Positions 63,671 to 64,000 of a stretch of 64,000 nt of DNA are shown here, piece after piece. A program made the position numbers and the translations under genes. Each line of letters starts with the position of its first letter. The stretch's first letter is position 1. Source of the DNA: a bacterium (lineage in GTDB: Bacteria; CAIWAD01). A model generated the notes under the pieces. The model made no database searches and had not been told where the DNA came from. It saw only the letters and a program-made list of their open reading frames with translations. The stretch is from positions 24,822 to 88,821 of the forward strand of contig JAUXWS010000087.1 in the NCBI GenBank assembly GCA_030685015.1, given 5' to 3'.

Positions 63671-64000
63671 CGCAGCAGCTCCCCGCCCTCGGCCAGCGGC
63701 ACCTCGCCGTCCAGGAGCAGTTGGTTGGCCCCCAGGATCTCCACCACCCCGTCCAGGCCGACGGGCGTCGCGCCGCTGCTGTACTCGCCGTCCAGGGCGC
63801 GGGTGAAATCGCCCTCCCGGCGCAGCTCCGGCAGCATGGGCAGGATGGCGTAGTAGGGGCCGCGCCGCACCGTGTGGTGGGACTCCTCCTCGCTCACCAT
63901 GATCTCGTGGACCTTCTCGCCCGGCCGGATGCCCGTCACCCGCACGGGATTGCCGCGGTCCCCGACCAGGGCGCGCGCCAGGTCCTCCATGGTGCAGGAC
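63667..64000 (-). CDS. CapD/PseB-like polysaccharide biosynthesis nucleotide-sugar 4,6-dehydratase, C-terminal part; gene continues beyond the right window edge
   Basis: C-terminal ...VTGIRPGEKVHEIMVSEEE... is typical of CapD/FlaA1. The frame stays open from 63990 to the window end. Confidence 0.6.
   Translation of the reverse strand, partial: SCTMEDLARALVGDRGNPVRVTGIRPGEKVHEIMVSEEESHHTVRRGPYYAILPMLPELRREGDFTRALDGEYSSGATPVGLDGVVEILGANQLLLDGEVPLAEGGELLR

Overview
This is a high-GC (~65-70%) bacterial chromosomal window. It is dominated by two glycan-biosynthesis regions (exopolysaccharide, EPS, or O-antigen type) that flank a block of housekeeping genes. No rRNA, tRNA or CRISPR array was recognised.

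Left glycan region (1-23.5 kb):
- A truncated IS256-family transposase lies at the left edge.
- A reverse-strand operon of about 17.5 kb (1914-19457) follows, with many 4-nt start/stop overlaps. It encodes a Wzx-like flippase, a pyruvyl transferase, a beta-helix lipoprotein, GT4 glycosyltransferases, several polysaccharide deacetylases and GNAT/FemAB-like acyltransferases.
- The same operon carries bacillosamine-type initiation functions: a PglE-like aminotransferase and a tri-domain PglC-PglD-FemAB-like fusion.
- It also carries a WbpB/WbpE/WbpD-like set for a 2,3-diacetamido uronic acid, with an FAD-dependent oxidoreductase beside the WbpB-like gene.
- Its 3' genes (flippase, pyruvyl transferase, beta-helix protein) are markedly AT-richer than the rest of the window.
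- On the forward strand follow two tandem UDP-glucuronate 4-epimerase paralogs, a WecB-like UDP-GlcNAc 2-epimerase and a PlsC-family acyltransferase.

Middle block (23.5-50 kb): a polysaccharide deacetylase, ychF, a 590-aa uncharacterised protein translationally coupled to a heterodimeric ABC exporter pair, a TauE/SafE-family permease, a secreted CxxCH protein with a T9SS-type C-terminal sorting domain, a DHOD-like protein, DUF302, QueD/PTPS, a complete 2-oxoacid dehydrogenase complex (E1 alpha, E1 beta, E2, E3), hflKC, an RlmI-like methyltransferase, an RluA-family pseudouridine synthase, a hypothetical ORF, a C-N hydrolase, a MATE transporter and an MBL/beta-CASP hydrolase.

Right glycan region (50-64 kb): a second WbpB/WbpE/acetyltransferase-like set, a GT4, a second Wzx-like flippase, a bi-domain oxidoreductase, a deacetylase-like protein, CelD/FemAB-like and GNAT acyltransferases, a WcaI-like glycosyltransferase, a second UDP-GlcNAc 2-epimerase and a CapD-like dehydratase that runs off the right edge.

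Most notable findings:
- A small IscA/HesB-like gene has an in-frame TGA exactly at the conserved cluster-ligand cysteine, with a hairpin just downstream, making it a candidate selenoprotein.
- An 11-bp tandem repeat array of about 18 copies completely fills the space between two convergent stop codons.
- Hexanucleotide repeat blocks sit in a divergent promoter between two glycan operons.
- Two MITE-like inverted-repeat modules occur in non-coding DNA.
- A near-consensus sigma70-like promoter overlaps a 23-bp perfect palindrome.
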